A stretch of DNA of 64,000 nucleotides from NCBI RefSeq assembly GCF_964355755.1, contig NC_092675.1, forward strand, positions 30,042,912-30,106,911. The letters run 5' to 3'. The notes under the pieces were generated by a model, which made no database searches, was not told where the DNA came from, and worked only from the letters and a program-made list of their open reading frames with translations. Below are positions 27,057 through 38,560 of the stretch, one piece after another. Each line of letters opens with the position of its first letter. The first letter of the stretch is position 1. The position numbers and the translations under genes were made by a program. Origin of the DNA: Antedon mediterranea (Eukaryota > Animalia > Echinodermata).

Positions 27057-28579
27057 GGAAAAACCCTTGTTTTGTACATCATCACCACGCCGCGCCTGAT
27101 TTCTGTTGTGTGCGCGGACGACGGGGGAGAGAGAGGAAGGTGACTTCTTGTGTCTTGTTCCTGAGAAAACGGGGGTGTTTTTGGCAAGACATAGGCCTAC
27201 AGTACGTACACGAGGAACAATTAGCTTGTTTAATCTTTCATTAAAGTGTGACAGTTTATCTTATAATCTGAACACAATGATGATGTTTGATTTTTAAAAG
27301 TAAGGATCATTCAATCTTCTTAGCCCACTTTTTGCCGCGGAAAGATTTAACATAAATAACATTCACACAAAAGGAGGCACCGTTATGATGTGACATGTCT
27401 GCAAGCAGAAACAATGGACGACGATCATAAGAAGAATAGAAGTTTCTAGATCGAGTAAATGAAGTAGTTTACAATACGTCTTCAGAAAACCACAAGAATG
27501 CAGCCAGTCACTGTGTTCGTTACAATTCACGAGGTTCACACACTACATACTACATTAGTCATTATAGAGAGGCCAATTCCTTCATACAATTATTCGAGCT
27601 GCAGAGTCACATGTCCAAAGAATTTTAATTAGTTTTTCAACAAGGTTAAATTCATACTGCATTATTTAGTAGCAGGTCAACTGTTTTATTCAAGAATTCA
27701 GCGCTTTGAAACCTTTGTCTCTTGCGCTTTATATGTTATTTATTATTTATTATTATTAATTCAGTCAGGGACTTTTCATACTCATATAGGGCCTCGGTGT
27801 TTTTGCTGCAAAAAAAATAATTGGTTATCAACCGTGTGAATAAATTAACCAAATTTCTTGGCAGCCACAATTTTCAGTAACCGGTTAAATGGAAGTCTGA
27901 AAATAATGGTTAAAAAAACCCAATCGATTCTGTGTTTAAGTAATTAGTGCTGTGTAACACAAAATAATGGTTTTGATTAACAGCAGTCAACTACACTGCA
28001 ATAACGTGCAGAGCCCATTGCATTTTGGGTAATACCACTGATTTCCATTGACGACCACCCACTGATTTAAATGGTTATTTAGAAGCAAGAGGTGAAAGAA
28101 AAGACCCATATTAAAACATGCTACAGTATTACAAGGCTATAAAATAGAAGGAAATTGCCTGGAAATGGAAGTACTGTGATTCATATACAGAGAGTTAATA
28201 TCCCATTTTGGCTCCGATGATTTATTCAAGTCGATTGAAGGTAAACCGTGTAAAATCAGCCGAAATGATTGTGCAGTTCAAAATGGATCACCGTGTTAAT
28301 AGATTAAAACTTGGTTTTCAGTTTTAACCATGACAGTCACAAGTTGAGTATCAGTTAAGTCTTAAAGCGTCCACTAAGCAGTGATGTAGCCACAAGAAAT
28401 AAAGTGGTCCGGTTTTCGCAAGAAAAGAGAACAATCTCTGTTCAAGCCACTGAGTTGTCAAAGACTTCTGTAAAAAAGTGATCAGACTGAAAGGTGTAGG
28501 ATTGGTTATAGCATGAAAATTGTACTGTGAGAATAAGGAAGAACAAGAAAAATTCTCTCAAAAGCATCATAGTGGTAGT

Positions 28580-30225
28580 GATCAGTGTCAAGCATCAGTT
28601 CAGCCTTACTTTATTCCAGTGGTGGTGTCAAGAATTAGTGCAGTCTTATCATGTCAGATTGGGAGGGTCAAGCATCAGTTTAGTCTTAACACATAGACAT
28701 AGAAGTGGTCTAACAAATCACAATGGCAGTTCTGAGCATAACTTCGGAACACATCAAGTTGGTGATGTCAAACATTAGTTCAGTCTTAACTTATCACAGT
28801 GGAAGTGTCAACATGAGTTCAGCCTTATCACATCACAGTGCAGGTGTCAGTTGAGCATCAGTTCAGTCTTTAAACATTACAATGACGGTGTTGTGCATCA
28901 GTCCACACATCATGGTGGTGTATGAAGCTTTAGCTCAGTATTATTGCATCACAGTGGTGTTATCAAGAATTAGTTCAGTCTTAAACTATGAGGGAAGTGT
29001 CAAGAATCATGGTGGCGTATCAAGCATTAGTTCAGTCTTTAAACATCACACTGGCGATGTTGAGCATCAGTCCATGCATCAAGGTGGTGGTGTCCAGAAT
29101 TAGTTCAGTCTTAATGTATCATGAGGGAATTGTTGAACATCAGTTCAGTCCTAAACGCTGTTTTCCTGTCGATGTTAGTCGACGCTATCCATTGAAGTTT
29201 TAACGATTTACAGGAAAAGGACTAACGACGACACAAAACTTCGGCAATTTAAAGGAAACTACGTAATAATTAATGATCGTTGACAATCGCGAGAGTGGAA
29301 TCCAGTTTTATTCTAGCGATATCGCAACGTTAAAACGCAAGAACTGACCAATCATCTTGGCGATACAGTACATCACATAATTGATGGAAAAATCCCGCTG
29401 ACTACATTTATTTTTATTACATCGCAGCGCAGTCAAGGCTAGGCCTAGCGAAAGTGACTATAAAATGATTAAATGAGGAAAGTAGGCATGGTATTAGGTA
29501 GGTCTAAGTCTTCAGCCTACTCCAAAATGCTACTGAGAACAAAGAACCATCAGTATAGAGATAGTAAGAAGACAGGAGTTTCGAATCTAACGTTCAACGC
29601 TAGAAATCAAATGTTCATGCTATCGTTATTCTTTCAACTTGATCGTTTTCAAACGATCGTCGTTGAACTTTTAACGATCATTGATAATAACGTCAACAGG
29701 AAATCAGGCATAACATACCACGAGGGAAAAAGAATTTGTTCAATCTTACGTATCATGAGGGAAATGTCAAGCATCAGTTCAGCCTTTAAACATCACAATG
29801 GCGATGTTGAGCATCAGTCCATGCATCATGGTGGTGGTGTCAAGCATTCATTCAGTCTTAATGTATCATGAAGGAAATGTCGAACATCAGTTAAGCCCTA
29901 ACATACCACGAGGGGAGTGTCAAGCATTAGTTCAGTTTTAGGAAAATTTCAAGCATCAGTTTAGCCTTTAAACATCACACGGCGATGTTGAGCATCAGTC
30001 CATGCATCATGGTGGTGGTATCGAGCATTAGTTGCATTAGTTCAGTCTTAATGTATCATGAGGGAAGCGTCAAGCATCAGTTCAGTCTTCAAACATTACA
30101 ATGGCGATGTTGAACATCAGTCCATGCATCATGATGGTGGTATCAAGCATTTATTCAGTCTTAATGTATCATGAAGGAAATATCTAGCATCGGTTAGTCC
30201 TAACATATCATGAGGGAAATGTCTA
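28580..30225. repeat. Degenerate minisatellite region (tcaagcatcagttcagtcttaa... units) interrupted by a MITE
   Basis: Many imperfect copies of tcaagcat(c/t)agttcagtctt plus the higher-order block gcgatgttgagcatcagtccatgcatcatggtggtgg. Confidence 0.85.
29155..29710. mobile_element. PIF/Harbinger-like MITE with TAA TSD
   Basis: Imperfect TIRs ctgttttcctgtcgatgtta / taacgtcaacaggaaatcag with TAA on both sides. An uninterrupted sister repeat unit (ccctaacataccacgagg, ~29896) shows the empty site. Confidence 0.8.
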
Positions 30226-30889
30226 TATAGTGGAGGTCAAAAAGCATCAAGATAGAGGGGTTATAAATGCATGGTACATGCCCTGGAGAAAAATTTACCT
30301 GCCATCACAGCTGGTCAGGTGTTTGCTAGGACCTACGTCATCTGAATCTGAAATCCACCAAAACTATGTTAAGGAATCAATGATGAACAGAGGCGTAGGC
30401 TGGGTTGCTGTCAAGGTTGCAAAAATTGTAAAATTCAGGCCAAGAGGCCTAAAAAAGTGGACTTTTTTGGGGGGTGTAGCCGATAAATTACCATCATTAC
30501 CTACTGTCACAAATCGAAAGCTCCACATTACAGCCAGCCTCACTGGTTTTCTCAGAGCATTATATCAGCAGTAAGGCAGTAAGAACATTCCTCGTTTTGC
30601 ATATCCATGTTTCAAGCATTAGCAATCTATTCAATGTAAACAGAAATGAATATCATCATTTTTGGCCAATACCACACCTGACTAGACCTGGATGCATGAG
30701 GTTGAAATAATTGTGCTCTGTTTTACTTGACTGAACCTCCTACAGTACAAGAAGCACTTATTTTTCTGCCCATGTTGCCATCAGTATTCTAAAGCTTACT
30801 ACACCAGATACCAAATACTGTAACAAGGATTATAAAAACAGATACCATTCGATTTACTGTGTTATATGTTTTTTGGTTTGATAATACTC

Positions 30890-31200
30890 ATCCTCCATTG
30901 GGGAACACTGGAGTAACTCCAGACACGGCCGGGTTTTTTGGTGGAAATTTGGATTACAGTAGGCCCTCTACAGACACACATCAGCCAGAGGTGCAACGCT
31001 AACCCAGATCAGCACACGAAAAGTACTCTTTGCGAACACTATGTACCATGCTCTTATTTAGGGACCAACGGCTTTATGTCCCATCTGAACGGGGAAAAAG
31101 AGGCAATGAGTGTAAAGCATCTTGCCTAAAGGATACAATCAGTATGGTGTACAAAGTGACTTGAACCTATCACATGGTAGGCTATTGCGCCATCATTCTC
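30890..31200 (-). mobile_element. tRNA-derived SINE with a conserved central domain (Meta/CORE-like)
   Basis: Minus strand has A-box tggcgcaatag and B-box ggttcaagtc, then tatcctttaggcaagatgctttac and cagatgggacataaagccgttggtccc. A related fragment lies at 46234-46330. Confidence 0.65.
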
Positions 31201-31209
31201 TGGTCTATA

Positions 31210-31330
31210 CTGTACATCATCTGATACTATATTGGCAGATGGTCTCCCATCCAAGAACACAACTGGACCAATGTAGCTTAACTTTAGTGATCTGACGAGA
31301 ACCAGTGTTTCAACGCAGTATGGCCATATA
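31210..31330 (-). pseudogene. 5S rRNA-derived sequence (pseudogene or SINE3-type head)
   Basis: Minus strand tatggccatactgcgttgaaacactggttctcgtcagatcactaaagttaagctacattggtccagttgtgttcttggatgggagacc is colinear with metazoan 5S rRNA, with CpG-type decay. Confidence 0.8.
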
Positions 31331-31502
31331 AGCGATAATCTAGATTAGATGTGGTTACCGTCTTGTCTATAATCTAATCCCATTTGGTCCCGGGGTAGAT
31401 CAACTATTTTAGATTTTGATTCCTTTTTTGTTTCTGTCGGCAAGCTAAATGAAAAGAAAAATTTAGATTTTCAGAATACAGTACCAGTTTATGTTCCCCA
31501 AT

Positions 31503-32413
31503 GCAGTATCGGCTTACTTGCGTGATGCACTACTAGCGTGACCATGCTTGATACTGTGGTTGAATATTCAAGGCAGTATCAGCTTACTTGCGTGATGCAC
31601 TACTAGCGTGACCATGCTTGATACTGTGGTTGAATATTCAAGGCAGTATCAGCTTACTTGCGTGATGCACTACTAGCGTGACCATGCTTGATACTGTGGT
31701 TGAATATTCAAGGCAGTATCAGCTTACTTGCGTGATGCACTACTAGCGTGACCATGCTTGATACTGTGGTTGAATATTCAAGGCAGTATCAGCTTACTTG
31801 CGTGATGCACTACTAGCGTGACCATGCTTGATACTGTGGTTGAATATTCAAGGCAGTATCAGCTTACTTGCGTGATGCACTACTAGCGTGACCATGCTTG
31901 ATACTGTGGTTGAATATTCAAGGCAGTATCAGCTTACTTGCGTGATGCACTACTAGCGTGACCATGCTTGATACTGTGGTTGAATATTCAAGGCAGTATC
32001 AGCTTACTTGCGTGATGCACTACTAGCGTGACCATGCTTGATACTGTGGTTGAATATTCAAGGCAGTATCAGCTTACTTGCGTGATGCACTACTAGCGTG
32101 ACCATGCTTGATACTGTGGTTGAATATTCAAGGCAGTATCAGCTTACTTGCGTGATGCACTACTAGCGTGACCATGCTTGATACTGTGGTTGAATATTCA
32201 AGGCAGTATCGGCTTACTTGCGTGATGCACTACTAGCGTGACCATGCTTGATACTGTGGTTGAATATTCAAGGCAGTATCAGCTTACTTGCGTGATGCAC
32301 TACTAGCGTGACCATGCTTGATACTGTGGTTGAATATTCAAGGCAGTATCAGCTTACTTGCGTGATGCACTACTAGCGTGACCATGCTTGATACTGTGGT
32401 TGAATATTCAAGG
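31503..32413. repeat. Near-perfect tandem array, 13 x 70 bp
   Basis: Unit gcagtatcagcttacttgcgtgatgcactactagcgtgaccatgcttgatactgtggttgaatattcaag. The only variant seen is a>g in units 1 and 11. Confidence 0.98.
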
Positions 32414-32599
32414 CTTTAACAAAACCAATATGCCTACTGTGATATAATGTAATGTGTATTTGTAGAATTAGTTGGTTTGGCTTGAATTTATGATGATCAT
32501 TGTTTTGGTTATTTTCATCATCCATTGTTTCTAGATTTGTGTGTAGTTTCATTAGATTACATGCTATTTAATTGTTTTTACAGGAATTTTGGGGTCACC

Positions 32600-35500
32600 A
32601 TGTCACAACCAAAAAAGGTCTACTTGATTCCAAAATTACCTAATGAAGGTAAGATGTATTTTATGTTGCATCAAGATAACAGTAACATGACTGATCATGA
32701 CATGTAAAGATTTGTTATGAAAAGTAAGGATAAAAGCATTTCGCCAGCCAAGGTTTGTTAGCATGCTCAACAATGGCTTATTGTCAGCAGAGACATAGGA
32801 ACCTGAATAAAAAAGTTACAGTAATGTGGTTCAGTATAATGGCTACCCCTGCTACCCCCATGATTAATCACTCCTTTATTTTTTAGGCTGCAAGAATACA
32901 ATTCAACCAGGAACTCGCACTTATCAAGAAATATTGCAGTCTATAAAAGATGCATATTTCGAATCAAGTTATGTGTTTGAAGATAACTGGACTATCTCAT
33001 CTGTTGATCAAGTTATTAACCAGGATTTTGAGAAATTATATCAAGACAAACGGCAGGAATTAAGATCAGAACTAAAGAGCAGTGATGTTGGTGAACGATT
33101 TGCATTTGCAATTGTTGGCAGTGAAGAGAAGGCAAATGATGCATGCAAAAATGGAGTCTTCAGTGGTCATGAGATGTTGACCTCTATGACCTTAGGCAAA
33201 CGAACTGATGGTGTTCATGTGTGGCTGTATTCAGACATACCTCTGAAATGGGCTACCAAAAATATTTTGAAAGCCTACCTAATTGTGTATAAGGTAATGC
33301 TTTACTGTAAAACCTAATTTCCACTTAGTAAAGGTGGCAGTGAAAAACTGAGTGATTACCTTAATACCATAATTGCTATGACATACTTTGGTAACCCATT
33401 GCAAATTTAAAGTTTCAGTGCTTGCATGTAGACAATAGATAACATTTGGTGCCTTTTTAAAGCAGATTTTTCAATGATACTTTTACAATTGTTTTAATGC
33501 AAACAAGCTTTCAGATGTTAATGCATGAATGATGAAATGGAAGATATTTTGAATTATAAATCTTCTCATCTGATTATTTATTGACAGGTAATGCGAGGAC
33601 GAGCAAAATTGGTGAAACCAACCGTAAACAGTAATATCGATCCAACACCAAACTTTGAATGTCATGTAAGCCATGTAACAAAAACTGCAAACTTTGGCAA
33701 GTTGGTAAATTCCAGCCAGGTAATGATAACATTGGCTCTTGAAAAGATCTTTTAGGCTTTATGCAAAAACCATCTAATATCTCCACATTGGCACGCATAA
33801 TGGCTGCATGAGTGTGTCTGACTGAATTTCACAATCATCAGCCTAATGTTGTTTTGTAAAGTAAAACATTGAACTTCCTAATTTAAAAAAAAGTTTTATT
33901 CTCATTTGTCCATATTGTAGATGTTCATTTATGAGTATGACGATGAGGCTTTACCCAGCAAGCATCCTAGGCATTGCTATCCGTATGCAGTAGTCAAATG
34001 CACAAGAATTCACAACGATGCACTTCCTTGGAGCAAAAAGAAAGTTGCTTCAGAAGAAGGAAAAAGTAAATTAGTACGTTTGATGGAAGTGGATACACTT
34101 CCACCAACAAAAGTTGTCAGGTCTAAAAGTAAAAAGAAAGTTACTTTCAAGGAATCTGTGAATACACTTCCATTGAAAAAGGTCTCTGGACCCAAAGGCA
34201 AAAAAAAAGTTGTTTTGAAAGAAGAGAAATGTACATCAATACTTAAGAAGGAGTCTGTGATCAAGGAGTCTGTGACTGGAGAGACCGTTACCGGGGAGTC
34301 TGTGACTGAGGAGTCTGTGACTGAACAACCAAATAAATTGGTGTCATTTATTGTTCTAGATGAGTATCATTGTGAAAACTGTAACTCAAATCAAACGTCC
34401 GATGAAGAAGAAACTAATTCCACAAATCAGATCAAATCAGATTCCAAGAAAACTGAAAATTGTCAACTGAAAAGAAATATAAATGAAAGAGGAAAGAAAA
34501 AGGCATATGCTGGAAAACTAGTCCGTAGAAAAAAACGTGATCGTTGGAGAAAAAATTACAAAAAGATTGGTAGATCGTTTATTAACGCACAGCCAAAGAA
34601 AGATTCCGATTTTGGACTTGCTGCTGAATATTCCAAATTATGTAATGAAAAGTTGTTACAAAATACAAAAAAGCAAGCTGTAAAAGAGAAGATGTTGCCT
34701 AGTCCAACAGAAGTAAAAAATGAACCTGTTGTTCACACTGGAATTAATGGTTTTAACCGGACTAATGAATTGATAATTCAAAATGGATCAAGTAATAATA
34801 GCAAAATACAGCATGTTTTCGAATACAACCATTCAGGAATTGCACATCCTGTATCTTCAAATGTTGATTATACTTCCAACAACCAATTAAAGACTGAATC
34901 TCCACAAGATGTTTTACCTGGATCTGCAGGAGTAAATCATCAGAATTGTAACACTTTTTCTCAATCAATTCCTACCTTGGTTATACCAGCAAGTCCACCT
35001 AATCAAATCAGTGATTTAGAAGATAAAACTGTTCCGCTGAACCAATCATTTGATTCCAACCAGAATGCAATGAGGCCAGCAGTTTCTTACAAAAATGGTG
35101 CCTATTCTCCATCCCAATCTATTTTAGATTATAGTGTTCAAGGGGATAACCAATCATTTGATTCCAACCAGAATGTGATGAGGCCAGCAGTTTCTTTCCA
35201 AAATGGTGCCTATTCTCCATCCCAATCTATTTTAGATTATAGTATTCAAGAGGATAATCGGGAAGTTATGGACATGGATGTTAGTAGTCCAGAACCAAAT
35301 GTGCCAATTCGACGTGCTGACACATTTTTGCAAAACAGTGTTTCTAATACAGCTGGATGTATTAACAAATGTTTTAAAGACACAATTGCTGAATATAATG
35401 TTTATGAAGATGAGAATAAGCAATTACATGTGTCACCTGTGAAAAAGACAAAAAAAATAAATAATTTTCATGGAAAGACATTTTTAACTAAAGAAGATCA

Positions 35501-37133
35501 TTTTGAAATACCTGTAGAGACACCAAATGGGTATACCAAACCTCCTGACCCTCGTCAGATGCTCTATCGCCCTCAGAAGGTGTCAGATTTGATTGTTCTA
35601 CAGTGGTCGTCGAAAGTTTGTAATAACGAAGTTCCCAATGTATCCGAAAAGAAAACCAATTTTGATTGTCCAGACAAAAGAAAAGAAGTCAAAACATCAG
35701 ATGTATCACCTAATTTGCAGTCAAACACAAGTTGTGTAAAGCTTGAATATGGTCAAGTTTCTGTAATTAAACACACCGCATTACAGACAATGTTGACAAT
35801 GAATCAAGAAATATTAAAGAAATCGGATAAAAATCATCAGACATGTATTGAAAAAAAGAATGTATTGGCATCAACACAGATGAATGGTCATTTACAACTA
35901 TCAACAACATTTACTGATGTTGTTAGAAAGCAAGAAGGGCTACAAGGTCATGACCCCAAACTGAAGAACAAGCAAATTGAAGCCTCAACACAGACAGATA
36001 ATTCACAAAATGATTACCTACAAACTAAGTTTATTTATAAAGACGACCTCTTGCGTATTATAGTAAATTTAGAGGAAAGTACAATCTCTGCAAATTTCCT
36101 GTTTGAATTGTTTGAGCGCAATGGAATAGTTTGTTCTTCTACTAACATGATGTCAAATTTGTTAGAGAACGATCAAAATATGAAGGAGAGGAGGAAGACT
36201 AACGAATTAAAAGAGAATGAAGATTCAGTTGATTACAACTTATTGTCAACTGTATCGCATGACAATGATCCATGTCAAACTACACAATCTGAAGTTAATT
36301 ATAAATGTGAAGATGTAGCTAATAAAAAGGAGATCATAACGGAAGAAGACCACCAAAATGACGATGCTGCTTGCTTTCACATTCCAACAACCGTAACAAA
36401 ATGTTCAAATCCTTCTATACAGATAGATGTAGCAAAAACCATTGACCATTGTCCTGCAATAATAACGACCAGAAATGAAGATCCAGTGCAGAACTTGTGC
36501 AAAGGTGAAGTTTCTTACTTGGATGCTGGGAGTGAGGTCAATTCATTGGCCATGGATACTGACCTTTCCATAAATAATGCTAATCAGAAAGATAGAATGG
36601 ACAAAAACCCATTTAAAAGATTCCCCGAAGACTTACAAGGAGTAAATCCAAATCTCATTGAACATCCTCATGAGGAAGAACATTTCGGTAAAAGAAGAAG
36701 AGGACGTGGAAAGCGACGACATTCTTCCAAAGACGGTGGTGTTATCAACAAAGATGATTTAAGACATCAGATTAATGAAGGTCGAAAGCACAGATTATCG
36801 GGTGACTCTTCAAAGTCTCCTGCTAAAAGCTCAAATATCAGTTCAGATAAAACTGATACTGATACTTTACACAATGTAGTAAAGCGCTTTAGAAGAGAGT
36901 CATCTAGTTACATGTGTAATAATAACGAGCATTTGCAAAATCATAGTCGCATTGGTACAAAAAGTTACGAAGATTACAGACACAGAGACCCATTTGAGAA
37001 CCAAACATGGCATCATCAAAATAAGTATGATGATAGGTGGGTTGAACGATGGCCGCCAAGGTATTTGAATGGTACGTATGTGCAATATGAAGATTATTGG
37101 AAGTGGTATCATTACTATTCACAATGGCCCTGA
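32600..37133 (+). CDS. TASOR/TEX15-like protein, paralogue B (N-terminal DUF3715 pseudo-PARP domain plus long disordered tail), ~1266 aa
   Basis: Exons: 32600-32648, 32887-33293, 33588-33719, 33921-37133 (3801 nt, in frame). Intron phases (1,0,0) and the 407-nt second exon are the same as in paralogue A. Motifs: YLIPKL, PGTRTYQEIL, ERFAFAIV, TLGKRTDGVHVWLYSD, DPTPNFECHVS, QMFIYEYDDEALPSKHPRHCYPYAVV. Confidence 0.88.
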
Positions 37134-38361
37134 AGACATGCATAGTTTTTGTTTTGTAATGTGATGAAAAAGAGGACTTAAAATTAGATTATTATTATTA
37201 TAGACATATTTTCCATTTCTGTTCTTTGCGTTAACATTTTAAATTATGCAATACAAATCAGTTTTTAATTTTTATTGAAAATCTATGAAAACAACACTTT
37301 TTAATTTGTGATATGCATATTGGAAAATAAATGAATGTTGATAAATTGATTACACCGTTTTAAAAATGTAATCAATCCTTGAAAGTGTTTATAAAATTGA
37401 ATTGCTTATGTATCAAATGTTACTGTTGGCTGGTGGTTCAAGCTTAGTTGTTAACCAGGATAAGTTGGTTCCTACCACCAACAAAGTTAGAGATAATTGT
37501 ATTTCACATCATTATGAGATGTTAGTTCTCAACACCTCCTTTAGTGATTCTTATATGCCTACATTTTTATAATGGTGTAAATTACGCTAATACATCACAC
37601 TGTTTTGCTTTCATTATTGTGTTTGTTTCAATTGAGTTTTAAAATTTTCATTTGATGTCCCACTAACCTCATGCTCCCTTCCCTCGCACCCCTCATTCTG
37701 ACACACAAACAACTAACTTTAACTGTCAACACTGTGTATCCATAAGCATGTTAACCTTTCACACTCAAATTGTATATGAAACTTGTTAAGTCTGTTTTCC
37801 ACCAGACGAATCCAGTCATGCGAATCCAGTTGTACAAATCTAATGTTTTTGCAAAGAACAAAATTGCGCTACCCTTTCCATATAAGAAAGCAGATAGCTG
37901 CGATTTGCATTGCATGAGTGCTCACAAAAACGTTGTAACTCATTTCTTGAGCTCTGATTGCTGGTGCAATTTTTTGTTTTTCAAAAGATAACATTATTCA
38001 AACTACTGTACTAATTTTGCTGAATAGCATAAAACACAAGGAACTGAAAATGGAATTGTTCACAGAAAAGAGATTTAGAAGATGGAAACTTGAATACTGA
38101 TGCATACAAGCTTTTGAATTGCGTAAACAAATTTGCATAGTAGAGAACAGGCTTCAGGAGAATATGAAAAGGATCAAATTTGTTTGTGTGTTGTTTTGTT
38201 TGTGTATTGCTATTAATTAATGTATGTTTTTAATGTTTTCTTACTATTCTAACCATCTGACAACTTAATTTTTTTTTCTGTACACTATTTTTAGATGGCC
38301 GCTGTGCACAAAGAGGATATAGACAAAGAGGAGGCATTTGCCGGGATAATTACTAGCATCT

Positions 38362-38560
38362 AAGGGACATGTCAAAATTATTCTACTGCAGCTACTGCAG
38401 TAAATACTCTCAATACTTTAGTAAACTCTTTCTGTTTATTGCTGTTTATTGTGACTATCTCATAAGCTTCTACGGTGAAACTAATTAAAATCACACCAAG
38501 AATCGTACAAAAATGTACCGCAGTAACTGACTGCAGTAGAAAAATTTGCATGTGTTCCTC
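38362..38560. mobile_element. MITE family 2 copy
   Basis: catgtcaaaattattctactgcag...ctgcagtagaaaaatttgcatg; related copy at 41487-41801. Confidence 0.6.

Noticed and set aside
31210-31330. Functional 5S rRNA gene
   Set aside because: Single copy with many substitutions, a degraded 3' stem and no oligo-T terminator; treated as a pseudogene or SINE head.
31503-32413. CRISPR-like appearance of the regular hairpin array
   Set aside because: Units are contiguous and identical, with no unique spacers and no cas genes, in a eukaryotic context.
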